Positions 1 to 14,143 of a stretch of 64,000 nt of DNA are shown here, piece after piece; position 1 is the first letter of the stretch, and each line of letters begins with the position of its first letter. Made by a program: the position numbers and the translations under genes. Under the pieces are notes generated by a model, which saw only the letters and a program-made list of their open reading frames with translations, was not told the DNA's origin and searched no databases. Source of the DNA: the human T2T-CHM13v2.0 reference genome, Homo sapiens; NCBI RefSeq assembly GCF_009914755.1, contig NC_060926.1. The stretch is one strand, 5' to 3'.

Positions 1-1080
1 AGTTATGCCTTGTTGATGGTGTGGGTGGTTTGTAACAAACTAAACCAGGGCTGGGCTCAGTAAAAGTTGTGTAAGTGAGTGAGGGAGAGATGCCTTCATT
101 CTTGGTGTTGGAAGTGCCGACCTCTCCTTTCATCTGGGATCCATGGAAATGGGACCTTGGCTGCCCCTGGATGGAGTCCAGGCGCTCTCCTTCCCAGGGG
201 CCAGAGAACACCTGTGTTTCCCAGGACCTTGGGGACCTGTGCCCAGTTCCCCTGGGGAGAGAGCGGTTTTGATCACTCGCACCAGGAATGACTCGAGTCA
301 GAAGCAGGTGACTTTGACCTGTTCTGTTACCTAGAAAATGAGGCCACTTTGGAGCCAGGCAGCTGTGCACACAGCCAGATTAGCTTGGTGTGTGCTGAGT
401 AGCCACGAAAGAGCTGAGTTGGGGACATTGAGTGACTTCGTGTCAAACCCTGTGGTGGTCCAGCACACCTTCCCAGGACCACAGACGAGGCTGCCACCAC
501 AGCAAGAAAATTAGGATCTGACAGCCTACCAGCTAACTACACACCCTCCTGACACGTGAATACACACGTGTATGCTTTTATCTTCTGAAACAAATCTAGT
601 CAACATTTAATTTTTTAAAACAATTTGTTTTGAATATATCCAAATTCAAATAGAAACAGACCTTCTTCTGAAATATATAAATAGTTGATATGAAGCATAA
701 TCCAGACCGGTATTACATTTGGTTCAATTCCCAATTCCATGTGGGGCTCATGGAATTGGGAAGGCCGCTGGCCGAGTGCTGAGAAGTTTGCATATTTGCC
801 TCCACGCCTGTCACTTCCAGCTGTGGGACCCGGGACAAGCCTGGGGTCTGCAGGCTTCCTGTGCTTATCTGTAGAACAGATGCCTTGCGGCCCACACAGC
901 AGGGAGGACCTGGGGTTGGGTGCCCAGAGGCAGCTCTGGCTCTGGCATTTCTCGGTGTGAAACCCACTTCCCCTCTCTCAGCTTCTTCTGTAAAGTGGGT
1001 TGAACTCAGCCTCTGCTTCATGGGGGGCTCTGGGGAGCGGAGGAGCTGAGTGTCTGGCTCACAGCAAGCCCTGGGTTTCT

Positions 1081-1385
<305 letters not shown>

Positions 1386-2899
1386 TAGCCCTGGGTTTCT
1401 AGTAGCTTCTACAAAAACAAACGGCCACCAGGTCCTCAAACCCCCTTCTGGCCAGCCTCGTTGGTAGCCAGCTGTCAGCCTCTCATATCTAGGGAGGCAT
1501 CAGAATGATCTGTCGCTCCTGGTTCTTTTTAAATTCCATGGATTGAGATGCTGGGGGCCCACCTAGAAGGATCGTGAGTCACCTACTCTGGCTAATGCAT
1601 GCCACAAGTCGCCAAAAAGGTCACCTTTTTGTATTGTTAGACTCCCCCCAGGTAAACATAAAGTGTACATTAGAATGCTCAGTCTAAAACAGCTGGGCTC
1701 GCTTTGAAGTAAGCAGCCCAGCCGACCGCATGAGCACTAGCAAGACGACCCTGCTATCGGCACAAAATAGTTGGCCAAAGAGCGCCGGTACCAGCGGTGT
1801 GGTTGGCGGGGGTGGGGGGTTGTTTGTTTTTTAGCACACTTTGGAGTCCTAAAATGACAACCTCAGGTGCTGAAACAGAGCGTAGAGAGAAAGAACGCCA
1901 GGACTGGTGACTTTCCTCTTCTCTTAGCAACTCGCCTGTCCAGGGGCTCACGGGAGCCTCAGAAACCGTCTCTGGGCTGCCTCAGGCCACTGTGCCCTGG
2001 AAGCCAAGCCTTTCCCATTGTTGGATGAGAGAAAGCTTTAAGGGTGGGGGTGAGCTGTGCCTTCTATGGCAGAGGAGACTCAGACAAGAATCAGACCCAG
2101 CATGCGGCTCTCCTGCCTTCCTGGTGACGTCATCCTGACTGGCTCAGAGCCACACGCTAACCATGTGTGGCCTCATTTATAATTAGGATGGCGCCAGAGT
2201 CGCTTGCATGACACCCAGTGGCAGTCATGTGACTTGGCACAGTGTACAGGACTAGCAGGCCTGCTGTCTTGTGCTAGCCAATTTGATTTGTTTCTTTAAA
2301 CCAGAAGTGTGAGTTTGACCCCAGCCTGGGGTCCCCCAGATATATTAGCCATATGTTCAATGCCTGTCCCATCCAGCCCCCGTTTTTAGGAGGGAATTGA
2401 GTCCCAAGGCGGCCACGTGGTTGTTCCAGCCTCAGCTGGGACTTCACTGTCCCAGCAGGGCTGTCTGTCCTATTACCTCCCCTCTGACTTCCTCTGTGGT
2501 TAGTAATCCCTGTCCTAAAGACACAGTAGAAAGTTCTTGCAGCTTTGACGTGGGAGCAGTCCCACCAATTGTGGAAACCGTTTTCTCATGTTGCACAGTC
2601 CTGGGGGAGGTCTGTGCATCTCCTGGTCACCGTGGTTCTTGGTGGTACACCCTGTCTCTGACCAGGGCCTCTTCTGTTCTCTGTCTTCTTCTCCCTGGGT
2701 GGTCCCTGCCTGAGTCCCCCAGCCTTCTACCCGCGGTGCTCTCTAACTGGCCAATGTCAGCACCGCACACTCAGCAGGTCCAGCTCGCCCTCCATCCGTC
2801 TCGGCCTCAGGCTATGGTGTCTATTTGGTGAAATGCATTCGTTTCTCTCTGGTGTCCCCAGAGAGTGGGAGTGGTGACAACTCTAATCCATATTCACCC

Positions 2900-3322
2900 T
2901 GTCTGTTAGCTTCCTGGGGCTGCCAAGACAAATGACCACAAACCAAGGGACATCAAACAACAGACACCTGTCCTGTCACCATTCAGGAGGCCACAGGTCT
3001 CAGTCAGGGGTCCCAGGGTGGCCTCCGTCTGGAAGCAGTGGGGGAGAAGGGGTTGCAGGCCTGCCTCTCCTAAGCCCCACTGGCTCAACCCTCCTTCTTT
3101 TCCTTGGCTTGTTGCCGCATCTGTCCCGTCTCTGCCTCCGTCTTCACACGGCCTTCTTCTCTCTGCCTCTCTGTCTGCTTTCTCTTCTTATGAAGACGCC
3201 AGTCCTTGGTGACTTCCTCTAATCCAGAGGGACCTCATCTTAATTCTATCTGCAAAGACCCCATTTTCAAGTAAGGTCACGTTCTGAGGTTCTGGGTGGA
3301 TGTGGGCTTTGGAGGGAGACAC
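2900..3322 (-). mobile_element. MLT1-type MaLR solo LTR
   Basis: Motifs gacctcatcttaatt...tctgcaaagaccccattttcaagtaaggtcacgttctgaggtt. Confidence 0.7.
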
Positions 3323-3530
3323 TGGTGAACCTGGCACGCTCTGCACATCATCTCTTTTCTCCCGTGAATCCTGGCAGTGATCGATTTCAGGGGACATTTG
3401 GTAGTAGGCCAGGGAACATGGAGAATAGAGAGCCCATGGCCATTCCTGCGCCGTCTGCTGGAATTCTGCGGGGAGCAGAGCCTGCCCCACTCCCTACACT
3501 GTCTCACGCTGTGTGCCTCTTCCTCTGCAG

Positions 3531-3719
3531 GCCCTACTGAAGATGGACTGCCAGGGCCTGGTGGTCAGACTCATCCAGGACTTTGTGCTCCTGACCACGG
3601 CTGTAGAGGTGGCCCAGCGCTGGCGGGAGCTGGCTGAGAAGCTGGCCAAGGTCTCCAAGCAGCAGATGGACGCCTACGAGTCTCCCCACCGGGACAGGAA
3701 CGGGGTTGTGGACAGCGAG
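3531..3719 (+). CDS. SH3BP4: SH3BP4 penultimate coding exon (63 codons, [18 protein letters not shown]...RNGVVDSE)
   Basis: Pyrimidine tract plus CAG acceptor at 3528-3530 and GTGAGC donor at 3720. Exon is 189 bp, phase 0/0. Peptide recognised as the SH3BP4 C-terminus (death-domain-like WRELAEKL). Confidence 0.95.
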
Positions 3720-4560
3720 GTGAGCAGCGGCTGAGCTTCGAGCTCACCGAGCCCCTCTGTCCCTGGGTTCCGTGGACCCATGCAGTGCAGCCATAAAAAG
3801 TCTTGCCTCGCGGCATTTCTGTGAGGGTGCAACAGGTGGAAATGTGCACGCATGTGCCCAGCACTGGGTGTGCCTCACTGAGTGGGAGCCATCCTCCGGA
3901 TTGGTTGTCGTGAGCCCTGGCTTTAGGATGTCAAGGCTGTTCCACACGACATGGGAAGGACAAACAGAACTGCCTGTCCCTTGTTCATTTTGATCTTAAA
4001 TTACCATCCGTAGGGTTGAATAATGCAATAACACATACACAGAGGACTTTGTGAGCCGCTCTGGACTGGAGTGATACCTGGTATGTTACATAACTTGGGC
4101 CAAAGCCGGTGTGGCCGGGCTCTTGCTCAGAGGTCCTTTGTGTTCTCGCATGTTTGTGGAGGGCACCCTAGTAAGCTTCCTGGAAGACGGTTCAGGCTTG
4201 CAAGATCCAGGAAGCAGGAAGTCCCAAGGACAAAGCTGTCTTTTATGAATGGGATGAATTTCCAAACAAATGGCACAGAGAGAAAGTGCCATAAAGATTG
4301 TAAGGAAAGAGAAGTCCTTTCTGTTTATTCATTTGTTGCGCACCTACTCTTGCACAAAGCCCTGCTTTTCCCTCTGGAATGTGCTGACCCTGGCCCCGAG
4401 ATGGTTCCACTGTTTCTTCTGTGGGCTTGTCTCACTCGTGAAAGAGTGTCCCAAATAGTGACTACTGAAGCTGCACCAAGTAATAGGAACAAATCTCGTT
4501 CTGTCTCCTAATCTTTCTTCCTCTCTCCCTCCTTTTGTTTTTTACAACTCCACCTCCCAG

Positions 4561-4785
4561 GCCATGTGGAAGCCTGCGTATGACTTCTTACTCACCTGGA
4601 GCCATCAGATCGGGGACAGCTACCGGGATGTCATCCAGGAGCTGCACCTGGGCCTGGACAAGATGAAAAACCCCATCACCAAGCGCTGGAAGCACCTCAC
4701 TGGGACTCTGATCTTGGTGAACTCCCTGGACGTTCTGAGAGCAGCCGCCTTCAGCCCTGCGGACCAGGACGACTTCGTGATTTGA
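4561..4785 (+). CDS. SH3BP4: SH3BP4 last coding exon ([13 protein letters not shown]...ADQDDFVI-stop)
   Basis: Long pyrimidine tract ending CAG at 4558-4560; in frame with the previous exon; TGA at 4783-4785. Confidence 0.95.
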
Positions 4786-6685
4786 ATGGGTCCCCTCCCC
4801 TCCTGCTGCTCTGGAGTGCAAGCCCTCTTCTGCCCTGCGTGCCCTGCTGTCACCGCGGAGCTGAAGAGGGAGGAAGGGGCGGCTGCTCAGACAGATTTAG
4901 GGCCCGCCAGCTAGGCTACACCCATCATGCGCCGCCCTCCTCCATCGAGGGAGAGGCCTGAAGGGACTGCCTACTGCAGCTCGTTGCCAATCACATAGCT
5001 TTCTATTTGTTAAGTATAAATTTAAATTTAAAATCACTTTTTTAACGAATGGGGGGAAGGGATCTATGAGAAAGGTGGTATCTAATTTTTTTATGGACCA
5101 TAAAGGTTTAAAAGAAAATAGGGGCACAGGCTGTTGAGGTTTTTATGTTGTTATAGACCTTTTTAAATTATGTTAGAGATGTATATAGGTATTTAAAGGT
5201 CACTGGGAGCGTTTCTGATTCCCGGCCACACTTTGCATTTCAACACTCAGCCCGGAAAGATGCTCGTTCGGTTGTTGGACCTCTTTCACTCCCTGCGTGT
5301 AAGAAGGTGAATCACGTGGGAAAAAGTGGCTTTTCAGTAAACGGGTACAGCTCATTCTTTCTGAGAAGGCCCCAGGTCCTGCTCCCTCCTCGGATTTGAT
5401 TGTCTTCCGTGCTTTGCCTCACTCGTAGTAAATGACCATCCATAGAATATGTGAATCTTTGGTGAGCTTCAGTGGGCAGAGTGAAGTCCCGCATTAGCAT
5501 TTAGGTGCCCTGAGCTGTTTCTGCCAATAGATTAGAAAGCAGCCATGAGTTGACAGTCTTTAGGGCCCCTGCCAGTGTGCAATTAGTCATTGACAAGAAC
5601 AATGCCATTTGAGAGTGAGGTGGTCCCTGCTGCTACGAGGCCATTGTACTGTTTTTTCCTTGAGGTCAAAGCAGTGCTTCCCATAGAGTTTGCTGCCTCT
5701 TCTGTGGACAGGAAGAAAACTTCATGACCGAATCAGAGCCTTGGTGGCCACTGACTCTCGTGCTTATTGCAGATGCTGTGGTTGGCCTCACAAGCAACGC
5801 CTTATGCTGATGTGCAGAGGTGCCAGCTGCCATTTGCCAAACTCTGCATTTCATTTCATCTAAGGCTTAACCCCTCTTCCTTCCTGGTGTACCTGTGTCT
5901 CCTCGGAAGGAAGTCATAGTTTAGATGAAACCATTTTTTGTACAATGTAAAGATCATCTGAGCAAGATGAGCATTTTGTAAAAATGAAAATGTGACTCAC
6001 ATAAAATCAGGAACTTGACACAGTGTTGCATTAATAACTTTAGGGTGCAGACATGCTGTGTGAATCTCACAATGCGTCGTAGATGTCGCGTGTTGGAAGG
6101 GAGCAGGAGGAAGGACTGATACTGGCAAATCAGTAGAGTGAGGTGATCCTTAGCAACGTGCCAGGACACTTCCTGTGTGCCTGCAGTTGTCAGGGACCAT
6201 TTGGGATCCCGAATCTCATTCTCTAAAACTGCTTTCTTGAAACATGTTACTTCCTTAGTATAATCAATGTATACTCCCTTACTGGCCTGAAACGTTGTAT
6301 AGCTACTTATTCAGATACTGAAGACCAACGGACTGAAAAAAAGAACAAACATTAGCTATTTTATGCTGCAAGAACCAGGACACACAATTCGCCAATCATC
6401 CCACCATATAACCTTCGATTGTGCTTCTCAACTCCACCCCATAATTTCTCCCAGAGACCATCTATCACCTTTTCCCCAAAGAAGAAACAAAACCAGTTGC
6501 ACCTTAAACCATGGATATTTTTTCCTCAGGGGCTTTAAATAGTTTCCTATGCAACGTGTCTTGTAGCACAAATAAAATTCTACAAAAGTTGCAGTAAATT
6601 TTATTTGGATATTTTAACCTGTTAAGTGTGTGTGTGTTTTCTGTACCCAACCAGACTTTAAATAAAACAAACATGAAACCTAATG
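4786..6685 (+). other. SH3BP4: SH3BP4 3' UTR (end approximate)
   Basis: Follows the stop codon, has no recognisable interspersed repeat, contains AU-rich blocks, and ends just after AATAAA at 6661-6666. Confidence 0.85.
6571..6666 (+). terminator. Two polyadenylation signals (AATAAA 6571-6576 and 6661-6666)
   Basis: Canonical hexamers with a GT-rich element (6626-6640) between them. Confidence 0.8.
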
Positions 6686-7434
6686 TACGTATTTATACAT
6701 ACACCAATGGCTGCCTCCCCAAAATAGTCACCCCTAGATGACAGTAGGACAGCTGGTGTGGCAGGTGTCTATTTTCTTGCTATTCATTTAATTTGCTCTT
6801 GAAACACGAGTCACTCAGTCACCACTAACCAAATGGGAATTGGTGTTATACCAGGCACCCAAAGGAAAGCACATCGATGACTTGCTGTTTTCTGGGTCCC
6901 ATGAATTGGCAACCCCAGTCCCGAAATAGAAAGTTTAGGATGGAGTCATTTCTGTGTGTCAGGTGTCAGCCTTGAAGTGCTGATTGTGGCAAACAAGGGC
7001 AGACCGTGCTTTAGGAAGACCGTGTTGTGGGGGAGAAAGGAGTGAAGGACTCCTAATGGAGACCAGCTCCACCTGGAGGTAGGGGGAGGAATGGGGCTAA
7101 TGGAAATCTTTCTTGGGAACATGACTTTGATGAAAGGCTTGAAGGCTGAGTGGGAGCCAGCTAGACCACCAACAGACCAGCCCTGGGGACCAGTGTGTCG
7201 GCAGCATCGACGACACGGTACGTGGGGCAAGGAGAGGCTAAACCCTCCACGTGGCTGGGACTTGTGGAGTGAGCACAAGCCCTCTGTTACCTGGATGCTT
7301 TCCACCGCTTGTACCTGTGTTAATTCCACCATGCATCACCTACCAGCTGGGTCCTCATACCCATTTTGCAGTTAAGGACAGGGCTCAATGTGGTCCCATA
7401 ATTTACACAGCCAATAAGAGAGGCAGGGACCTTA

Positions 7435-7730
7435 ACTCAGGACTGCCGTAACAAAGTGCCCTGCATGGCTAAGGACAACAGAAATGTGTGCTGTCACCGT
7501 TTTTGAGGCCAGATGTCTGAAATCAAGGTATCACATGGTCGCTTGTTCTCCATGTCTGTGACTAAATCTCTCTCTAAGGACACCAGTCATAGGATTTAGA
7601 GCCCACCCTAATCCATCAAGACCTCATCTTAACTTGATCACACCTATGATGACCCTGTTTCTAAGTAGGGTCACATTCACAGCGGGGTTTAGGACTTGGA
7701 CACGTCTTTTTGAGAGGCACAATTCACTCA
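7435..7730 (-). mobile_element. MLT1-type LTR fragment
   Basis: aaggacaccagtcataggatttagagcccaccctaatcc...gacctcatcttaact. Confidence 0.7.
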
Positions 7731-8451
7731 CCACCCTGCTCCATGCCTGGCCCTTTGGGCGTAGCCTGCTTGGGAAGAACAGTGCACGAATCAGGTTTAA
7801 TCTATCTTGGTGCCCTCCGCCCAACACAAAGCAAAGCCAGGGTGGAGGAAGGCAATTCTTAAAAGGAGAAAGCTCTTCTGATGGACTGCCATGTTCCCCC
7901 AAGACCCATCCTCTTCCTGAGCCAGCGACTGGGCTGTCTTTCCCCATCTCCCTTGCAGTCAGGTGCGGTCCAGCTAGGAGATGGGAACCAGAATGCTATG
8001 GGCCGCCTGCTGTTGAGTCTGGCTCACAGGAACCTTCCAGAAATCCTCCCTTCTTCCAACTGATCAGGAGGAACTCCAAGTCCCTAAAGGTGAGGCAGGG
8101 GCAGATAGAAGGACCCCAGATCCCTTAGGGACCCCCAGTAAGCTCTGTTCAGCAAAGTGTCTGTCACACGGTATCTAGAGAGATAAAACTATGATTGGCC
8201 ACCGAGAAGGTGAGTTAGCTGTTACAGTGGCTGGTGTTGCTTTTAGACCCAGATGATCACTGTAATCCACAAGCTGGCGGGGAATGCAGCTTGTTCTTAA
8301 CTGGGAAACATCCCTACCACAGCTGGATTATTATTTTTTTAAAATATTATTATTAATTTTATTATTATTCCTATTTTCAGAGAAGGAAACTGAAGCTTAG
8401 AACCGTGTTATTCATTGTCGATGGTGCAACCAAGTTAAAGATGCTGTCTTG

Positions 8452-9169
8452 TTTTTTTTTTTGTTTTTGTTTTTATACTTTAAGTTCTAGGGTACATGTG
8501 CACAACGTGCAGGTTTGTTACATATGTATACATGTGCCATGTTGGTGTGCTGCACCCATTAACTTGTCATTTACATTAGGTATATCTCCTAATGCTATCC
8601 CTCCCCCCTCCCCCCACTCCACAACAGGCCCCAGTGTGTGATGTTCCCCTTCCTGTGTCCATGTGTTCTCATTGTTCAATTCCCACCTATGAGTGAGAAC
8701 ATGCGATGTTTGGTTTTTTGTCCTTGCAACAGTTTGCTGAGAATGATAGTTTCCAGCTTCATCCATGTCCCTACAAAGGACATGAACTCATCATTTTTTA
8801 CGGCTGCATAGTATTCCATGGTGTATATGTGCCACATTTTCTTAATCCAGTCTATCATTGTTGGACATTTGGGTTGGTTCCAAGTCTTTGCTATTGTGAA
8901 TAGTGCTGCAATAAACATACGTGTTCATGTGTCTTTATAGCAGCATGATTTATAATCCTTTGGGTATATACCCAGTAATGGGATGGCTGGGTCAAATGGT
9001 ATTTCTAGTTCTAGATCCCTGAGGAATCGCCACACTGTCTTCCACAATGCTTGAACTAGTTTACAGTTCCACCAACGGTGTAAAAGTGTTCCTATTTCTC
9101 CACATCCTCTCCAGCACCTGTTGTTTCCTGACTTTTTAATGATCACCATTCTAACTGGTGTGAGATGGT
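8452..9169 (-). mobile_element. 5'-truncated young L1PA (ORF2 C-terminus, 3' UTR, polyA)
   Basis: Near-consensus L1PA 3' end (ttatactttaagttctagggtacatgtgcac); ORF track gives ORF2p C-terminal peptides. Confidence 0.95.
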
Positions 9170-10449
9170 CACAGCCAGATTATTTCCAGCAACAAGAACA
9201 CCCCTTCCACACTATTTTTTCTTGGCCTAAATGTGTTCACAATTGGTCAGTACCAGTCTGAATATAAATGGCTTTTCTCCCTAATACTCCGAGGCCAGGC
9301 CAAGCAGTTCAGTTAAACCTCCAGTTTTTCATTGATACTGATTTTGACATTGATGTTGTTGAGAATGATAATTAACATAACATTATGGTATTTGTAGATG
9401 TTCTTTAGGACCTCATTCAGGAGAAAAGATTTAGTTAGAAAAGAGTTAGGCTCTGACTTCTCGACGAAAGGAAAATTTTGTCCCTGATTAATTCTTGCCT
9501 TGATCTGCACCTGGCCATCTTTCTGTCAAGTCACTTGGGGCATGTGTCAAGTCAGTTATTTTGTAATCCTCCAGCCCCCAGCCCCTCTGAGTATCCATCA
9601 CCCCACAGTAGTGCCCAAGCTCAGACTCGGTCCTGGGACCTTTCCCCATCAGTGGTCCAGATTCCAGCAACTCATAGGTTTCACAACCATTCCTACTGCC
9701 ATGACCAGAATTAAGACTTTTTTTTCCTGGATGCTCATCCTCTTTCTTTTTGACCAAGCTACTCCAACACCCTCCCCCTGGTCCTCCCTCCAATTCTGTC
9801 CTCCCCTATCCATAGGACAAAGGACTCCTTTCACAGGAGCCCTTCCTGCATCCTTCTGTGTGGTCAACTCTGGGCTCACCCCCTTTGCTATGTCCTCGCA
9901 CACACGGACTTCCTCCAGCACTCCCTTGACCATCTTTTTGTAAACCTCCCTGTGTTGGTCTAAGCTGTGTCCAGGCTGTGGCACCTTTCCTTCCCCACCT
10001 GGCAGAGTCACACACTGAGCTCCTTGAGGACAGTGACCTTGTCTTGGCTCATCTCTGAATCCCAAGAGCCTAGCACAGTCAATACTGGTTTCTTGAAGGA
10101 ATTGTTCCTATCTCTGCAATAGAAATGCATCTCCAAATAAGATGGCTTTGGCTATTGGACTGAATAGAATGGGCTTCATGCTATGTTTACAACCAATGTA
10201 AGAGATGTGCGAAAAGTTGTCCACCAATGAATGCATCAAAACCAGCTTGGATTTTAAGAGGTCAAAGAGGAAGCTTGCAGGGATGGAGCTCAATGAAGTG
10301 TATACCAAGAACCATTATATTCCTTAATGAATCATTTTCTGGCATGAGGGAAACATTGTCAGTTTGGTCCATGATTTATGCTGCAATAAAATTTGGCTTT
10401 ATGTAAAATAGATTGAAATGAGCAACTTAGCTCTTTCTGTGCCATAGGT

Positions 10450-10750
10450 CAACACCTCTGGCAGTTTGAGAAAGGCTATAAACTCCTCAGTATTATGGAA
10501 ATACACATAAAAACCCTGAGATCACAGATGAAAGCAATTATGTTTACATACAATTACCAACAATTTTTAGAAATTGTGGTGTAATATATATACTTCTTTA
10601 TGCATTAAATAACACAATCTAGTAGTTAATCTTACATCCCCCGGAAACTCAAAATAGTGATGAGCATTTAGATACCTGCAAAAGCATTGATGGAAATAAA
10701 AATATCAGAGATTTCTATGTTTGGCACATTACGGGAACTCCTAATATTAG
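10450..10750. mobile_element. hAT-Charlie type DNA transposon fossil (MER119/Charlie7-like)
   Basis: Resemblance to recalled consensus (cattaaataacacaatctag...tagtgatgagc...aaaatatcagagatttctat). Confidence 0.45.
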
Positions 10751-11348
10751 AGAGGTTCCTTGCCTAGGTGCATTCTTGAAGGAAGCGCCAATGTTCAGGT
10801 TAATGAAAATAAAGATGTAATGTTTTCCCTTTATTAAAGAAAAAAGAGCTTGTCCTAAGGAAACTGAAGTCACCCAGATTTGCTGTACACATTTTTTAAG
10901 TGCTTGTATTAGTATTTTCTGCTCCAGGCTAGCAAGAATTGTATTTTTAAAGCTTTGCTTCTCTGATAGAGTTTTCTGCTTCATGAGGGAGAAGGAAAAT
11001 GTGAAGAAATTAATGGGCTGTGCTTGTGACTTTTTAAGTATCTAGAGTCATCTTTCTTAATTTTCCATTTCAATTGGCTTTTTAAAAAATCTGTGTGCTT
11101 ATATCATATATATATATATATATATATATTACAACTTTCGATGTAATTTTCATTTTGGGAGGGTGCAGCATACATATTAGTGAGCTACGGGCAGCTTGAT
11201 GGAGGGTCGACTCACTGCTCGTCAGAGACAGGTCGGCCCATGTCAGTCCTGGGCACACAGAGGGTCCAAGGAACAGCAAGGGAGAAAGAGATGGTTCCTG
11301 GGCCTCCAGGAGTTTGTATCCAATGAGGAAGATCAACACACACAAGCA

Positions 11349-11673
11349 GGCCAGGAGCACTGGGTTCATGCCTGTAATCCCAGCACTTTGGGAGGCAGAG
11401 GCAGGCAGACCACTTGAGGTCAGGAGTTCGAGACCAGCCTAGCCAACATGGTGAAACCCCGTCTCTACTAAATACACAAAAACTAGCCAGGCGTGGTGGT
11501 GAGTGCCTGTAATCCCAGCTACTCAGGAGGCTGAGACACGAGAATCGCTTGAACCATGGAGGTGGAGGTTGCCACCGTGAGCTGAGATTGCACCACTGTA
11601 CTCCAGCCTGGGTGACAGAGCAAAAACCCCGTCTCAAAAAAAAAAAAAAAAAAAGAAAGAAAGAAAAAAAAAA
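11349..11673 (+). mobile_element. AluS
   Basis: Alu dimer with A-rich tail. Confidence 0.92.
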
Positions 11674-12177
11674 AGACCCAGGAACAAACACCTGAAATTC
11701 AAGGGAGATGGCAGCATTGTCATCAGTGGACAGAGAAAGTGCTTGAGGAAGAGGAGAGCGCCTGCTGCTTGATGGAACTTTGGATGCTACTGCGGCTGGG
11801 TATGCCAAGGCTGTGAGAAGAGCCTCCCAAGGCAGTTTGGGGTCCTGAGAAGATACAGAAAGGGCAGGGAGAGGTGTTTATTAATTGATAGACACTGATT
11901 TTCTATTTGCCAGGCATTGTTCTAGGCCCGGGGTTAGGGTCCCTGTCCCCATGGAGCCCACATGCTAGTGGGGAAATAGGAACAAACTAAATTCATATGA
12001 TCAGGGAGAGGGAGGTGCTAGGAAGAAAAATCAGTGATGCACTGGCCGGGGCGAGGCTGGAGCAGGGTAGCCTGGAAGGCCTCCCCAGTGAGGTGAAGTC
12101 TGGGGAAGAGTGAGCAGCTCAGAGAAGCTGGAGTGTAAGTTGCTTTTAAAAGGGCAAGGGGGGATTAGAGTGGGATG

Positions 12178-12872
<695 letters not shown>

Positions 12873-13513
12873 GAGATGAGAAGACGGGCCAGTGGCGAGC
12901 AGCCTGGAATGGCAGACAGGGAGGCAGAGGCCGTGGGACCTTCAGGCAGTGCCTGGCTGGGCCCGAAGAGTCCCAGGAATGGGAAGGCAGACAGAGATGG
13001 AGGAGGGAGGGTCAACTCAGTCTGCCGTTTGGCTGGACAGGAGCGGGTTGGGCCAAGAGGCACTGGTGTCCTGAGAGAATGTGGCCTAAGCTGTGTTGAA
13101 CGGCTTTGCTGTACGTGGGGAGAGGAGGGGTGGAGGCTGTGGTGTGGGGAGAAGCTGAGTAAGACACAGATGGGGGAGCAGGAGGGGAAGCAGATCTAGG
13201 ACTCGGCTCTGAATGGGAGGATGTAAGGTGTAGCTGGAAGATCATGGACCTGAGGTTAAAGGCCTTTGAGAGACGGCCAGTGAGAAGAAAAGGTGAAAAT
13301 ACGTAGAAACCTGGTCAGCAGCCCCTCATGCATCCACCCATTGAGTTGGTCATTAGGCGTCTGATTCAACTGCCTTCCATCGCTTTTCTTCCCTCGCCAC
13401 AGCTACTGCTGTACTTCTGTGCACTGTCACCTCTCCCTGTAACTGCAATTCCAGCCTTATCCCATCAGCTGATCCTCCATGGCCCCCAGAAGGGTCCTTC
13501 TAAAATGGATTCA

Positions 13514-13820
<307 letters not shown>

Positions 13821-13837
13821 GTTAAAAATTGGATTCA

Positions 13838-14143
<306 letters not shown>

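Noticed and set aside
289-300. 12 bp palindrome TGACTCGAGTCA
   Set aside because: Expected by chance in 64 kb; no supporting context.
11212-11808. 198 aa ORF
   Set aside because: Mostly antisense Alu translation.
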